A stretch of DNA of 64,000 nucleotides from Octopus bimaculoides (GCF_001194135.2 NC_068993.1:61583896-61647895); one strand, 5' to 3'; shown: positions 11,401 through 33,438, numbered from the stretch's first letter. Program-made: numbers and translations. Notes: generated by a model from the sequence alone, not told the origin.

Positions 11401-13005
11401 TAAAGAAAGAGACTTCTCTGGAAACTTCCACTTACGTACTTAAAACTACAGATTTATCAATGGTTCTAAGTTGATCATTAGTTAATTTTTATACTATTTA
11501 TATTGTAGGTTTGTCAACAGTATAATTTACTACGGAGTGACACTAAACTCTGTTGATATGTCCGGAAACCAGTACATAAACTATTTGATGATGGTGGTAA
11601 TAGAGATTCCAGCCAGCATTATTGGATACCTAACGTTTCGCTGGTTTGGTCATCGTACGCCGATCGTTTTCTTCATGGTGTTTGGTGGAATTAACTGTAT
11701 TGTCTCAAACTTTGTGCCAAAAGGTAATAATTTTTCCAACCAACTAATCTTTCTATGTTAGAAATTAAAACATTGAAGCTTGCAAAGCAATGTCATTTGG
11801 TAAGAAAATTTCACGATCTATAGTATTTGAAAAATTGACGTATTTTCGTTTTCCTTACATTTCTTTGCAGCTAATTCTTGGTTTCCCCTCATATTAGCTG
11901 TTCTCGGAAAGATGGGTGCAACCGCGTCATTTGGTGGTATCTATCTGGCGTCAACAGAAGTATTTCCAACAGTTGTACGGTAGGTAGAAGAGTTGGACGT
12001 TTGAAACAGAATATCACATTAGTTAATCTCTAATATACTTAAGAATCTTCACATACAAACTCATACACATGTACGGTATGTATGTATGTATGCATGTATG
12101 TATGTATGTATGTATGTCATTATTCAGTTTATTTCAAGATTTCTTGCCAATAAAGAAAGAAACGGTTTCTAACCTAGATCCAAGGCTCCTTCATTGGAAT
12201 TTCAACATCAACAATAGAGTATTCTTGTTTGTAGGTATGCATGTTTTATGTATGTATATATGTACAGATTTGTATGTTTTATGTATGTATTTTCATCTAT
12301 ATAATTGCATATCTAAGCTTGCTCATATATATTTAAATGATAAACTTCTGGCAAGTTTTACAGATTTTTACAGCTGTATGTATGTATGTATGTATGTATG
12401 TATGTATGGAATATATTTGTATATCTGGAACCACCTGTTAGCCACTATGATTCTCAGGTCTATTTACCGGGAGTAGCAGCAACTATGAAGGTCCTAGCTA
12501 TGACATAAAGCGTATCTTGGATACCTTTAGATCCGGTGAAGTCCATTTCTTTCCAGATCCGATCACAGATGATTTCTTTCAGAAAGAGAGACAGAAGCCG
12601 GAAAGAAAAAGCGAGGGAAATAGAAATATTGACACCGTATTTGATTCGGACTTAAGCTAGAAGTTGTATTTCTCTCTAAAAAAAAAAACAAAAAAACAAA
12701 ACAAAAGAAAAAAAAAACAAAAACAAAAACAAAAACAAAAAACAAAAGGAAATCTATAACCATGTATTATATATTTTTTAATTTTATCATATTTCAGCAA
12801 CAGTGGCGTGGGTACGTCTTCATCGTTTGCTCGACTTGGCAGTCTTACTGCACCATTAATTCTTGAACTCACCGTATTCGGTTCCTGGTTACCTCTCACT
12901 GTCTACGGAGTCTTGGGCATTCTTGGTGGACTACTCATCTTCTTACTTCCTGACATGAAAGATACTTGTTTACCTCAAACATTTGAAGATATGGATAATC
13001 TGTAG
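4362..13005 (+). CDS. SLC22/Orct-like organic ion transporter, paralogue G1 (9 coding exons, about 561 aa)
   Basis: Exons 4362-4413, 5691-6067, 6512-6615, 8731-8885, 10261-10432, 11084-11377, 11509-11723, 11871-11979, 12798-13005. All introns are GT-AG and phases match; the sum of 1686 nt is in frame. Motifs: SSIMSE-FDLVC, GLVSDKFGR (MFS motif A), YLPESPRW, YYGVTLN, EIP, EVFPTVVR, LPDMK; four cysteines and several N-x-S/T sites in the large loop after TM1. Exon 1 is inferred from paralogue homology. Confidence 0.93.
4616..4825 (+). mobile_element. SINE family A in G1 intron 1
   Basis: Near full-length copy from GGCGGTGAGCTGGCAGAAACGTTAGCAC to GTGCCTAGAGTAGAAAA. Confidence 0.85.
7049..7261 (+). 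mobile_element. SINE family A in G1 intron 3 with a probable TSD
   Basis: Full-length unit flanked by AATATACTGGTAG and AATATTCTGCTAG (13 bp, 2 mismatches). Confidence 0.85.
7540..7860 (-). mobile_element. Putative Sola-type DNA transposase, N-terminal fragment (decayed)
   Basis: With stops and shifts, the minus strand reads YFGEKFGHQDKS..WTKGK..GVPGV*RKP..CYFCLVNMK..EYPDWESA, matching a widespread invertebrate transposase pattern recalled from memory. The superfamily assignment is tentative. Confidence 0.55.
12110..12378 (-). mobile_element. 5'-truncated R4/Dong-like (REL-type) non-LTR retrotransposon 3' end inside (TACA)n
   Basis: The minus strand carries a ..CKTCQKFII-stop protein end and the same 3' UTR (GAAATTCCAATGAAGGAGCC..GGATCT) as 45280-45475; (GTAT)n lies on both sides. 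Confidence 0.6.
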
Positions 13006-13212
13006 AGTTGTGTCATCGTATCTTAAGATGAGCAAAGTGTGAAGAATATGCCGTAAAATGTATAAAATTCATTGTATTTGTATATTTGTTATTTAGTTAT
13101 TTATTACATTTATATTGATGTCTTCCCATGGTACAAATTAAAAAAATGTACAGGTTATAATCTGTTCAATTTTTATTCCATTATATTACAGGTAATAATA
13201 TCATTATCGCAA

Positions 13213-13425
13213 GGTGGTGAGCTGGCAGAAACGTTAGCACGCCGGACGAAATACTTGGCAGTATTTCGTCTGTCTTTACGTTCTGAGTTCAAATTCCGCC
13301 GAGGTCGACTTTGCCTTTCATCCTTTCGGGGTCAATAAATTAAGTACCATTTGCGTACTGGGGTCGACCTAATCGACTGGCCCCCTCCCCACAAATTTTG
13401 GGCCTTGTGCCCAGAGTAGAAAACA
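13213..13425 (+). mobile_element. SINE family A just downstream of the G1 stop codon
   Basis: Well-preserved full-length copy. Confidence 0.88.
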
Positions 13426-15038
13426 ATAATATTATGATCGTCATATGCGTAGTGAACAGGGACAATAACCAGGATGGCATATATATTCCTTCATAAGGTA
13501 TTGCGCCAGATCAAGTTCGAACGTGAATAAAGTAATCGCTGCTGTATTTCTTCATTCTAGAACAATTTCTCCTATTAGATGCGTATCTGTTCATGGCATA
13601 CTCGATTCGTTAGCGTAAGGGGACATTGGGACATTCAATGTTTCGACACCGTTGGGTCTCCACAGCGAAAGCTATTGTATTCTAATGACTCTACCAACAG
13701 TTTGTGGTTCTTGTTTATGAATTCAGCAGACAATTGCTGATGCGCGCTAACATCTGCTTACCTATATTAAATCATGTGTAGATTCATTCTAAATACGTTC
13801 CGGCAGATTCGAATGTATATATGCTTATCGCTGCTTTGTTATCGATCCGACTCTCGCTGTTTCCTGTGCACATGGCAACCTCTTTGAAAGGATAAGTTGT
13901 TCTCCCATAACGAAATACAGAAGCGATTAGTACATTCAGGTATGTATCTGCCGGAACTTATGGACAATGCATATATACATCATTGTATTTTATTATCATT
14001 ATCGCCAAAATAAGCTGACGGTAGCTAGCTGGTCTCTACAGACGGCCGAGGACACAAGAACGATGGACTCACCACATCGCAATGCTTCTTCGTCGAAGTT
14101 GTCAAAGGCAAGTAACGATAGATTTGGAGAAATACGACTGCAGGTAAGATATGCTTGTGGGGGAAGGGAGAAAGGTTCAATATGATGGAGGAAATTATTT
14201 CTTTCAGATTTTTGGTGAGGAGGGTTTTTCTTTTTAACTGTGTGAACAATGGAAGTAGGAGTCTTTCTGAGAGGAGTTGATGCTTGGTTATAGAGTGATG
14301 CACAGTTTATAGGACGATTTTTAGGTTTAGCAAGGGACCATAAGGCTCTGGTGCAATATGATAGTAGGAATAGGGCAGCAGACAATATGAATATCTCTTG
14401 AGTTTCACTGACATGCTATATATGCATTACATAATTTCCTACACCAGCTGGAGCGGTAATTTTCACCATTATAATTCCGCCAATATGACAGACTTTACCG
14501 GCCATGATGAAATACCACAAGGTATAGAAAATACGTATTCGCCTTTATATATTTAATCTTTTATATTGAACACTCAATATTTCATCTATTCAATAAGACA
14601 TATTCCATATATTCAATAAGACATTCAATACTTTATTTAATTGTACCATCCATTTTTATTTTATATTATATATTGTATATTATATTATATATTGTATATT
14701 CCATATTCTATATCCCACATTGGTTTTGCAGGAATATAAATAAAACATAAAAAACAGACAGTGTTGGAACTCTTTTAAACAAAATAATATATTCCTCTAT
14801 ACACAATCATACAAAACCCCTTTTTTTGTATTTATTTTTACTCGCATATACATATATATATATATATATTGCTTCACACACATATCAAATTAGCGTCACT
14901 TTATATCTTAAAACGAAAGCGCTATTACATGCTAGAAGCAGCTGTCATAAATACTTCCTTCCGAGATTCTGTGCTGCGCACTTAATAAGAGGAAGACTTG
15001 TACCTATGAGCGAATAAACCAGGCTGTTTCAAAACAAA

Positions 15039-23883
<8,845 letters not shown>

Positions 23884-24032
23884 ATTTATCATTGAAAACT
23901 CCTTTCGAGTAATTTCATGGAAACAAGAATGAAATATATAAACGTCTAATATGACCAGTATACTGCATTATTTTAAATATTTATTATTTGTTATACTTAC
24001 AGCAAATTATAACATTTGTAAAAGTCCCAGGT

Positions 24033-24137
<105 letters not shown>

Positions 24138-24735
24138 ATAAATCTTGCGTTGGATATACGGTATTGTTCCTGTGGTCTTCCACCCTTATGTATCCATTCT
24201 TACTATAATTTGAATTCTAGCTGATGCTGAGCACTTCAACTCTAGCCCGTTTTTATGTATTGTTATATTAACAATATCTAATTATACAAAGAATTATAGC
24301 TTATATATATATATACACATACACACGTGAGTTAAGTTAGAGGTTATAGCAATCGTCTAAGCGATATTTCTATCCAATGAATTAACTGGTGTCTTACCCA
24401 TATGTGATTATGAGTATTAATATTAATGCTCATAAATGATAGATAAGGAATGAATAAACCGAAGTTTATATTTAAGGAAAACAAAAAAAGAAAATGGAGA
24501 TATAATTGAGAATTGATAAAGACCAATTATTATTTATTGATTATAAAATGACAAAATCTCATCTGACAGTTGTTTCTGTTGGCGCTATTCATTCAAGGCA
24601 TTGTCAGACTTAATAACTACAATAATAATTATTATAATAATTAATTGTAAATAAGTAATTATAACAACTTAAATAATGGAACATCATCAGAGCAGAAAAG
24701 TAAAATTGTCAATTTTATCTCCATTTGCTTTTTTT

Positions 24736-24773
<38 letters not shown>

Positions 24774-25608
24774 NNNNNNNNNNNNNNNNNNNNNNNNNNN
24801 NNNNNNNNNNNNNNNNNNNNNNNNNNNNNNNNNNNNNNNNNNNNNNNNNNNNNNNNNNNNNNNNNNNNNNNNNNNNNNNNNNNNNNNNNNNNNNNNNNNN
24901 NNNNNNNNNNNNNNNNNNNNNNNNNNNNNNNNNNNNNNNNNNNNNNNNNNNNNNNNNNNNNNNNNNNNNNNNNNNNNNNNNNNNNNNNNNNNNNNNNNNN
25001 NNNNNNNNNNNNNNNNNNNNNNNNNNNNNNNNNNNNNNNNNNNNNNNNNNNNNNNNNNNNNNNNNNNNNNNNNNNNNNNNNNNNNNNNNNNNNNNNNNNN
25101 NNNNNNNNNNNNNNNNNNNNNNNNNNNNNNNNNNNNNNNNNNNNNNNNNNNNNNNNNNNNNNNNNNNNNNNNNNNNNNNNNNNNNNNNNNNNNNNNNNNN
25201 NNNNNNNNNNNNNNNNNNNNNNNNNNNNNNNNNNNNNNNNNNNNNNNNNNNNNNNNNNNNNNNNNNNNNNNNNNNNNNNNNNNNNNNNNNNNNNNNNNNN
25301 NNNNNNNNNNNNNNNNNNNNNNNNNNNNNNNNNNNNNNNNNNNNNNNNNNNNNNNNNNNNNNNNNNNNNNNNNNNNNNNNNNNNNNNNNNNNNNNNNNNN
25401 NNNNNNNNNNNNNNNNNNNNNNNNNNNNNNNNNNNNNNNNNNNNNNNNNNNNNNNNNNNNNNNNNNNNNNNNNNNNNNNNNNNNNNNNNNNNNNNNNNNN
25501 NNNNNNNNNNNNNNNNNNNNNNNNNNNNNNNNNNNNNNNNNNNNNNNNNNNNNNNNNNNNNNNNNNNNNNNNNNNNNNNNNNNNNNNNNNNNNNNNNNNN
25601 NNNNNNNN
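24774..25608. other. Assembly gap (N-run); one of nine
   Basis: N-runs at 2162-2338, 8441-8494, 20261-20834, 24774-25608, 26329-26625, 50493-50736, 52436-52489, 54557-55074 and 61595-61770, mostly bordered by (TA)n or (CA)n. No coding exon appears to be lost, because the exon phases close for G1-G4. Confidence 0.99.
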
Positions 25609-25657
<49 letters not shown>

Positions 25658-25780
25658 GCCATATAACACAAACGTCACTTATGAAAATCATCAGCAAACA
25701 GGGCAGCATAAACTGTTCCAGCCATGGCAATCACGGTTGAAGAGAAAGATGGCATATCAGCAGTATTAAGATCATGGTCT

Positions 25781-25980
25781 TAAACTTTGCCACTGGGTCA
25801 GCAATTTCGGGGGAGGGTAAAGTTAATTAAATCGCGCCCAATGCTCAACTGATACTTATTTTATCGATCTCGAAAAAGATTAAGGCAAAGTCGACATCGG
25901 CGGAACTTGAACTCAAAATGTAAAAAACGGACGAAATGCCTCTAAGCATTTTTCTTGGTGCGGTAACGATTCTGCCAGGG
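25781..25980 (-). mobile_element. SINE family A between G2 and G3
   Basis: Reverse-complement homology to the family unit. Confidence 0.8.
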
Positions 25981-26292
25981 CATTGTCCTATAGCTGTATT
26001 AAGATAGCGTTAATACTAAGCGAGTCACTGTTAACGTTAAGAAGTGGAATATTTATGAAAGTTTAGTAGCTGGCGAAGCTGCTAAGATTTAAGAATGTAC
26101 TGCTGTACCTGAGACTACAGGAACGAACTATATGAGACACGAGAGAGGGAAGGCGGAAGAGATGGGAGAAAGACTGGGTGAGATTCAGCAGGATGTTGTC
26201 ATAGATAATGTAATGAAATGGGCGACGGGGGAAGAATAAGTAAATGAATTAGTAAATATATATATATATATATATATATACATACATCCATG

Positions 26293-26328
<36 letters not shown>

Positions 26329-26625
26329 NNNNNNNNNNNNNNNNNNNNNNNNNNNNNNNNNNNNNNNNNNNNNNNNNNNNNNNNNNNNNNNNNNNNNNNN
26401 NNNNNNNNNNNNNNNNNNNNNNNNNNNNNNNNNNNNNNNNNNNNNNNNNNNNNNNNNNNNNNNNNNNNNNNNNNNNNNNNNNNNNNNNNNNNNNNNNNNN
26501 NNNNNNNNNNNNNNNNNNNNNNNNNNNNNNNNNNNNNNNNNNNNNNNNNNNNNNNNNNNNNNNNNNNNNNNNNNNNNNNNNNNNNNNNNNNNNNNNNNNN
26601 NNNNNNNNNNNNNNNNNNNNNNNNN

Positions 26626-26742
<117 letters not shown>

Positions 26743-27149
26743 ATATTGCATATAAATGTATAGTTAACAAAATGAAAGAAGAAAAGAAAGAAAGAAAAAA
26801 GATGCAAAAGAAAATAAGAAAATAAACATAAAATATCAACTTTCTTTTATCTGTTGTACACAAACTGTTCGTTCCAATTTATTTAAGGAATTATTCATGG
26901 CTCTATAAGTCTTCAAAACTTCGTAGATATACGAGAGGTATTATTCCATCCTGATCTCGTTTTGGCAAGCATGGAATTTCCCCATTCAAATGCTGCTACA
27001 TTAGAATTTTGAAAAGACAAATAAGCTTCTTCAATGTTTTTGCGGTTTCAAGCTTTATTCAGCGAAAGAACTATTGAAAATAAAGCACTAACGGTGAAAT
27101 ACTTCCAATACATATTGGTTTCAAATTTTGGCACAAGGCCAGCAGTTTC

Positions 27150-27380
27150 GGGCGTGGGCTAAGTCTGTTACACACAAACGCTCTACTTGCAACACCAAGA
27201 CCGAGCTGGCATTCAAGATCGAGGAAGTGTTCGCAGATCTTCCCAGGGACACAGTAAGGAATGCATGTGCCAAGTTCCGGAGGCGTCTTGAGGGGGTGTT
27301 GGAAGCTGAGAGTGGCTTCTTTGAGTAAACTGTTACGTCACAGCTATAATCTAGATCACATTTTTGAGTTTTTTTTTTAA
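27150..27380 (+). mobile_element. Tc1/mariner-superfamily transposase C-terminal fragment
   Basis: NTKTELAFKIEEVFADLPRDTVRNACAKFRRRLEGVLEAESGFFE-stop, a typical transposase C-terminus; it abuts a SINE tail at 27113-27150. Confidence 0.75.
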
Positions 27381-27384
27381 ATAC

Positions 27385-27790
27385 TGTCAGCTGTCTTGCT
27401 GATGTGAATGAATATTTCTGAAAATTAAAGAGAAAGACGATAACTCTAGACAAGTGACTGCTTCAAAACTCCCACCTTCTATATCTAGACTATAAATTCA
27501 CATTCATACAAACAATAATTGGTGCAGTTGTCTTTCTGATAATCTGGATAAACAAAGGTCTTCAGAAAAAGAAATCAACCGATTTGCATTTTACAAATAC
27601 AATCCGTAAGTGGAGCAGTAAAAAATATGGAAGACCTTTCTCAAGTTTACAATGTGATATTGTGTTTGTTGTCTATATTCCAGCGATGGAACTTTGATCT
27701 TAGTTAGAAACCAGTTTCTGCCTAAGAATAATAATTTAAACAATTAAAACCATACACAATACATACATACATACATACATACATATGTCT
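27385..27790 (+). mobile_element. Decayed R4/Dong-like non-LTR 3' end terminating in (ATAC)n
   Basis: VSCLADVN..LKIKEK..YKFTFIQTIIGA..QIQSVSGAVKIWKTFLKFTM-stop (with shifts), then a TAGAAACCAGTTTCT tail and (ATAC)n. Confidence 0.6.
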
Positions 27791-28203
27791 AACAGTTGGA
27801 AGCAATTACCTGTTTCACCATCTTCAAACTTTCTCAGTAACCACCATTTCAGATTACATTTACCGAATCTAGTCTGCTTACCGAACAAATCAGCAACCTT
27901 TCAATCACTCCACCGGACGGCCAGTTTCGACACTTAATTATTGGCCGACATTGTCAGATATCTCGCCGCCAATAAACGTTGATGAAAATAAGGAGCTATA
28001 ATATAATGGAGTCAGGTCAGACAAATGTATACTTCTGTTGTAAATTTGTGAATTGTAGTATTAAAAAAAAACATATGTGAAATAAAGAAACAACAAATAT
28101 ATAAAATAAGGCAGTATATATTTTCATAAATTTCAAATTAGATACTCGTACACTTTCATGTATTTGAATCTCTCCGAAATGGATTTTCTACGATAAACCA
28201 AAT

Positions 28204-31200
28204 CTACAGATTATCCATGTCTTCCAGTGTTTGAAGTAAACAAGCATCCTTCATTTCAGGAAGCAAAAGGATCAGCAACCCAGCGGTAATTCCGAACAGT
28301 CCATAGACAGTAAGGGGTATCCAAGAGCCATATACAGAGAGCCCAAGAATTACTGGCGAAAGTATTGCACCAATTCGAGATAAAGATAAAGCCGTACTCA
28401 AGCCATTGTTGCTGAAATATATATAGAAAGATATATATAAGCAAGGATGAAATCTTTATAAAATTTTATCAAGTAACCAGCATGTAATAAAACCATATAG
28501 GAAACAATAAAAAAATTTAGTTACATTTCTATAATTATATATTTTGTATAAAAAAAAATATACATACACATTTGACATATTTGTATGTATTTATTTTGCC
28601 AGAAAAGAAAACAGAAATATCGTGAGATATGTATGCATATGTATGTATATATGTGTGTATACCTACTAACTCATACGTGTGTGTGTGTAACAACTGAAGC
28701 ATTCTCCCCAAAGAATCAACTACACCTACCGTACTTCTGTTGGAAAAAGTTCCGCTGACGTCAGAAAAACACCGTCAAATGCTGCTGTCGTACCGAGCTT
28801 CCCGAGGACAGCTAATATCAGAGGAAACCAAAAGTTAACTGGAAAGAAATCGTACGAAATGAAAATAAACGTATTTAACATTTGTAAATATCGAGTGACG
28901 TTGGTGAGGAAGTGTTTGGGAATTCATTAAACGAATGGATTTTGTGGAGATGGGATACGCTGTCTATGATCTTTGGGTGTATAGTAATAGCACCCTCAGA
29001 TGCAGATAACGAATACGGTAAACTATTTTTCGTTGGTGAAGTTTGAGAGGCCCTAACGCTAACCCTAACAAGTAATTACTTAGGCTGTAGAAGTACGAAG
29101 ATCTTTTGAGGGGTGGGGGAATTTTTAGCAACGTTATGCAATTTTATTACGGAAGATGGTCCGAGATTGAATAGCTTGATGATTTTACAGCATTTAGTCG
29201 CTAGATTAAGTCTGATAGTAAACAAATGTTTTGGTAACAGTTCACTTTGTAAGAATATTGACACTGGAGCTAAAGTTACTAATATTCAGTCTTAGATGTA
29301 AGGCGGTGAGCTGGCAGAATCATTAGCAGGACATAAAGCTTAGCGGCATTTTTTCCCGTCTTTACGTTCTAAGTTCAAATTCCGCCGAAGTCGACTTTGC
29401 ATTTCATCCTTTCGGGGTCGATCTAATAAGTAGCATTTGAGCATGGGGGCCAATATAATCGACACACTCACTCAGCCCAGCATGTTGGCCTTGTACCGAA
29501 ATTTGAAACCAATATTCAGTCTTAGAAATAATTCTTCACATATATTTCTTAAACGGGTCGTACACGTGATTTCTCTCTGGATGATGAATAAATAACTCAA
29601 CCGTATTTTACACAAACGTTTAGGCACAATATAATGTACCTAAACTTTGTAAAGAATACAGCTAAGTTATCAATCCAACAAATAATTACTAGCTCTGCTT
29701 TTTTATGCATACACTGCAATATAGGGATACATGTAATTGTTCAAATGCTATGCAGAGAATTATGAATCTGTTTTATCGTATGACATGCATTCGTATGTTT
29801 AATATTTATATATTTAATAATGAATGAATAATATTATTTGATGTAACTAAATATTACCTTTTGCCACAAAGTTTGCGACAATACAGTTAATTCCGCTAAA
29901 TACCAAGAAGAGACAAAGCGGCTTACGATGTCCAAACCACTTAAACGTAAAATGACCGAGAATGTTGGCTGGAATTTCTACAGCTGACATCAATAGAAAG
30001 TTTAGGTACCGATTGCCAGACATGTCAACGGAATTTAGCGTCACTCCGTAATAAATCATAGCGTTCACAAACCTATAATAAAATGGTAAAATTTGAAAAA
30101 TACCTTGGTTATCAGGCAATATTCAATATATACAAACCGTGGTTTCTATAGCGGTTACTAATAAAAATTGCTAATTCGTGATGTCCAAATATTTGTATGT
30201 ATTAGAATATTTCAAAGAGTATTTACCATTTGCATATTTAATGTTGAGCATCATAAATTCATTTACCAGTTAAACCAAAGGTTTATAGAAATCATCGCTC
30301 TTCGAGGTCTTTTTAGCAAATCAATTGCTGTGTAAGTCTTGTCTTTAACTTTTCGGTTATTTCCATGGTTTACATTTTCAATAATTTTGCCATCAAATTC
30401 TGATTTGCTTTCTGCATCTCTTTGAAGTTTCCGAATAAGTTTTATCATATCTTCATTGTCTTTTTTATTTGTTCTTGCAATCCTACTAAAGGACTCCTCA
30501 ACACTTGCAAATCTTCCTTCATTAAGAAGCCATCTTGGAGATTCAGGAAGATATCTGCCAAGTAAAAACTATTGATAGCGTATCAAATAATAAAGTATTA
30601 TTACAGAAGTTGAAATAGAAGTTATAGAATATAGTTTGAAATTACAGCATAATATAATTTAGAAGCAATATAAACATGTAATGCAATCTTCAGAGGAACA
30701 TGTGAAACTTTATACAATATGATTGATGTGTTTACCATATGTATGTACTGTAATGCGCATGACATTAAGCTGATAGTTGTCACTAAGTGGTATGTTTTCT
30801 GTGTATTTATTCTAGGAACACGTACTCACGTAAGTACCAAGTTGTATTATAAACCAGCACAATAAACTCGTAATGTCAGAAAACTTGGTAACCTTATAAA
30901 CATGGTGAGGTATATATTTTGCTGGAATGTATTTATACATCATAACCCTCTCTAAAGTGTACCAATGTGATAAGTCAATATTACTGAATATGAAATCCTC
31001 GAAATAAACTGCAACATGAGAAATTGCTTTTTCTTACATGTATCTATCTTATTTTACGAATATCTCAAGTCATCATTTTGACGAACCAGAATCAACTCAC
31101 GTAATCATCTCCAATTTCTTAATATGAATAATCTTGAAATGAAATAAAGAAAAGAGTACTGAATAAAAGTGGGAAAATAACCTAACGTTTCAAATGAATA

Positions 31201-33438
31201 TCTATATATATTCCAACCAACTATAGGAGTTGTCCAGAGATTTCTCTCTGTCCCTTTTACGGTTACTACAATTACTCATACACCTTTATATTAGTTGTTC
31301 GTCTAACGTCGCGATTCCCCCACGTTCACCTAAGATTGTACCTAATTCTCTTCATCCCTCCATCCCAGTGTTTTCTCTATCATATCCTAATAAATACAAT
31401 AATAAAATTTTTCCGTTGAACTATTACTCTCTGAAACAAAATTTAATCTCCTATTTCCTTCTCAATGAGTGTGTGTTGGTATATCCACGGAGGGAACTTA
31501 TAAATATTTTGATGTATCACTACGCGCGTTTCCACATCTCACATGTTTCTTACGATCCTATTCCGTATTCCTAGAATGATTACAGTACATTCCGTAGTAT
31601 CCATAGACATCAGGTGGATAATAGTTCATGCGTTCATTTCATCAGGCAATATGGTATTAAAGTTGGAAGCAACGAATGTATCTGTACCTATGTGTCTGCA
31701 CACAAGAAATACAATTTTAATTTTTTATTCCAATATATAAGAAGGCCATATATATACTTTACATATATCTGTATACAATTTACATATATCCGTTTATATT
31801 ATTTACATTGACTATCTCTCAGTAAACTACGTACAGGTTTGAATGATAATCAGTTAGATTATTATCATAAACTGAAAAGAGATACCTACTTCAACGCTAT
31901 AATGACGATCAGAATGTGTGGAATAGTTGCAGCATACAATAGATGATGCCATTTACGAAGTACATATGCCACTCCAGCGAGAAGTATTTCTCCAACAGCG
32001 AAGAAGGCATGCATAATAAAATTCAAATGCGTTCGGTAATCTTGGGAGACGCATTCGATCACTGTAAAAAAAAAAAAAAAAAAGAATCATAGTAGAATTA
32101 CTTTAAAGAAACTCGCAAACTAGACAGAATATATGGTTGCATTTAGGATATAACACCCAAAATATTATTTAGAAATATATATATCACTCCCAGCGTGCAT
32201 CCAAGATGTCATTTCAAACTCTCACAAAACATTAAAGAGAAGAACATTCTGAAGCAAGCATTCTTGACGGGCCCATGAGACTGGTTAAGCTTTAAAAGGG
32301 CGCATTTATATTTATATTTTTATACGTATGTGTATATATTATGGTGCAATAAAAATGTCACATACAACAGTTAAGAATTAAATGTTTGCGTGAATAGAAT
32401 TATAAAATACTTACATATGGTATATAAAACTATATACGTGCCAGACAATGCAACTCCTTCGACAAAATAAAAAATGATGAACACAATAAAATCTGGTGAG
32501 TATATTTTGGCAAATCCGCAACATATGAGAAGCAAGTGTGCGACACAAAACGTTTTAAATCTACCGAATCTGGCAAAAAGAAAGAAAAAAAATTAGACGA
32601 ATAACGAATCTCCAGGCACTTTCTCCAATATATGCTTAGGTGGAATTCCTATATTCGTCCTCCGTGCATGTTAATTGATAAACTACGTTTCTTCTTTTAC
32701 AGATGATCCTAGTTTATCAATTAAAATGTAGGAACTCGACCACAGCATGTAGAGGAGAGACTGCTAGGAGTATAGAGGGAAAGAATGGAAGTCAATCGGA
32801 AAGAATATCGCGATAAGAAACTTCTGCCGATATCTTATTAGCAAACTAAGGAGAAACATGACGGCATGCTGATAATTAAGATAATTTCGATACATCAACA
32901 TGGTCCATCTTTACGGCAGGTGCGGGGAAATTACATTTGTAAATGAACGGAAATCGTTTCTTAATAAGAAAAATTACTTGATAGCTAGCAACCTCACCAT
33001 TACTACTATATGGCACCACAAAGACTGTAAAAGGAAAATACTACAGGCAAATATAATATTTAGGATTCCCCACGTATAAGTATGCCTGTATCGAAAATCA
33101 CGGTGTAAATCTAATATTGCAGCATCACCAGGAGAAAAAAAGAGAAAAATTATCATAGACTTATAAGATGGTTTATATACATTGGTGTTAGTGTTAGATT
33201 AATAAACATTCACTAGTGTGTTAGTAAACGTTCATTGATAAATTAGTAAACCTGCATGTTTGATCCATATACGCACACACATGCACCAATACCCACACTC
33301 ACATACACACTGTACAGTTGAAAAGATAAAGGCACTAAACATAAAACAGAAAAAAATATAAAGAAATAAATGTTTTACCATCCACACTTTTCACAAAATA
33401 GAGATCTACACAACCGCGAACGCGTGCACGCACGCACG

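Noticed and set aside
13794-13960. Short interrupted inverted repeat (GTTCCGGCAGAT..ATCTGCCGGAAC)
   Set aside because: Probably an old MITE; the arms are short, no TSD is visible and it has no distinguishing feature.
14042-14143. Exon-like segment (CAG..CAG|GTAAGA) between G1 and G2
   Set aside because: There is no homologue near the other paralogues and no SLC22-like translation. It could be a UTR exon or part of a decayed repeat, and cannot be supported.
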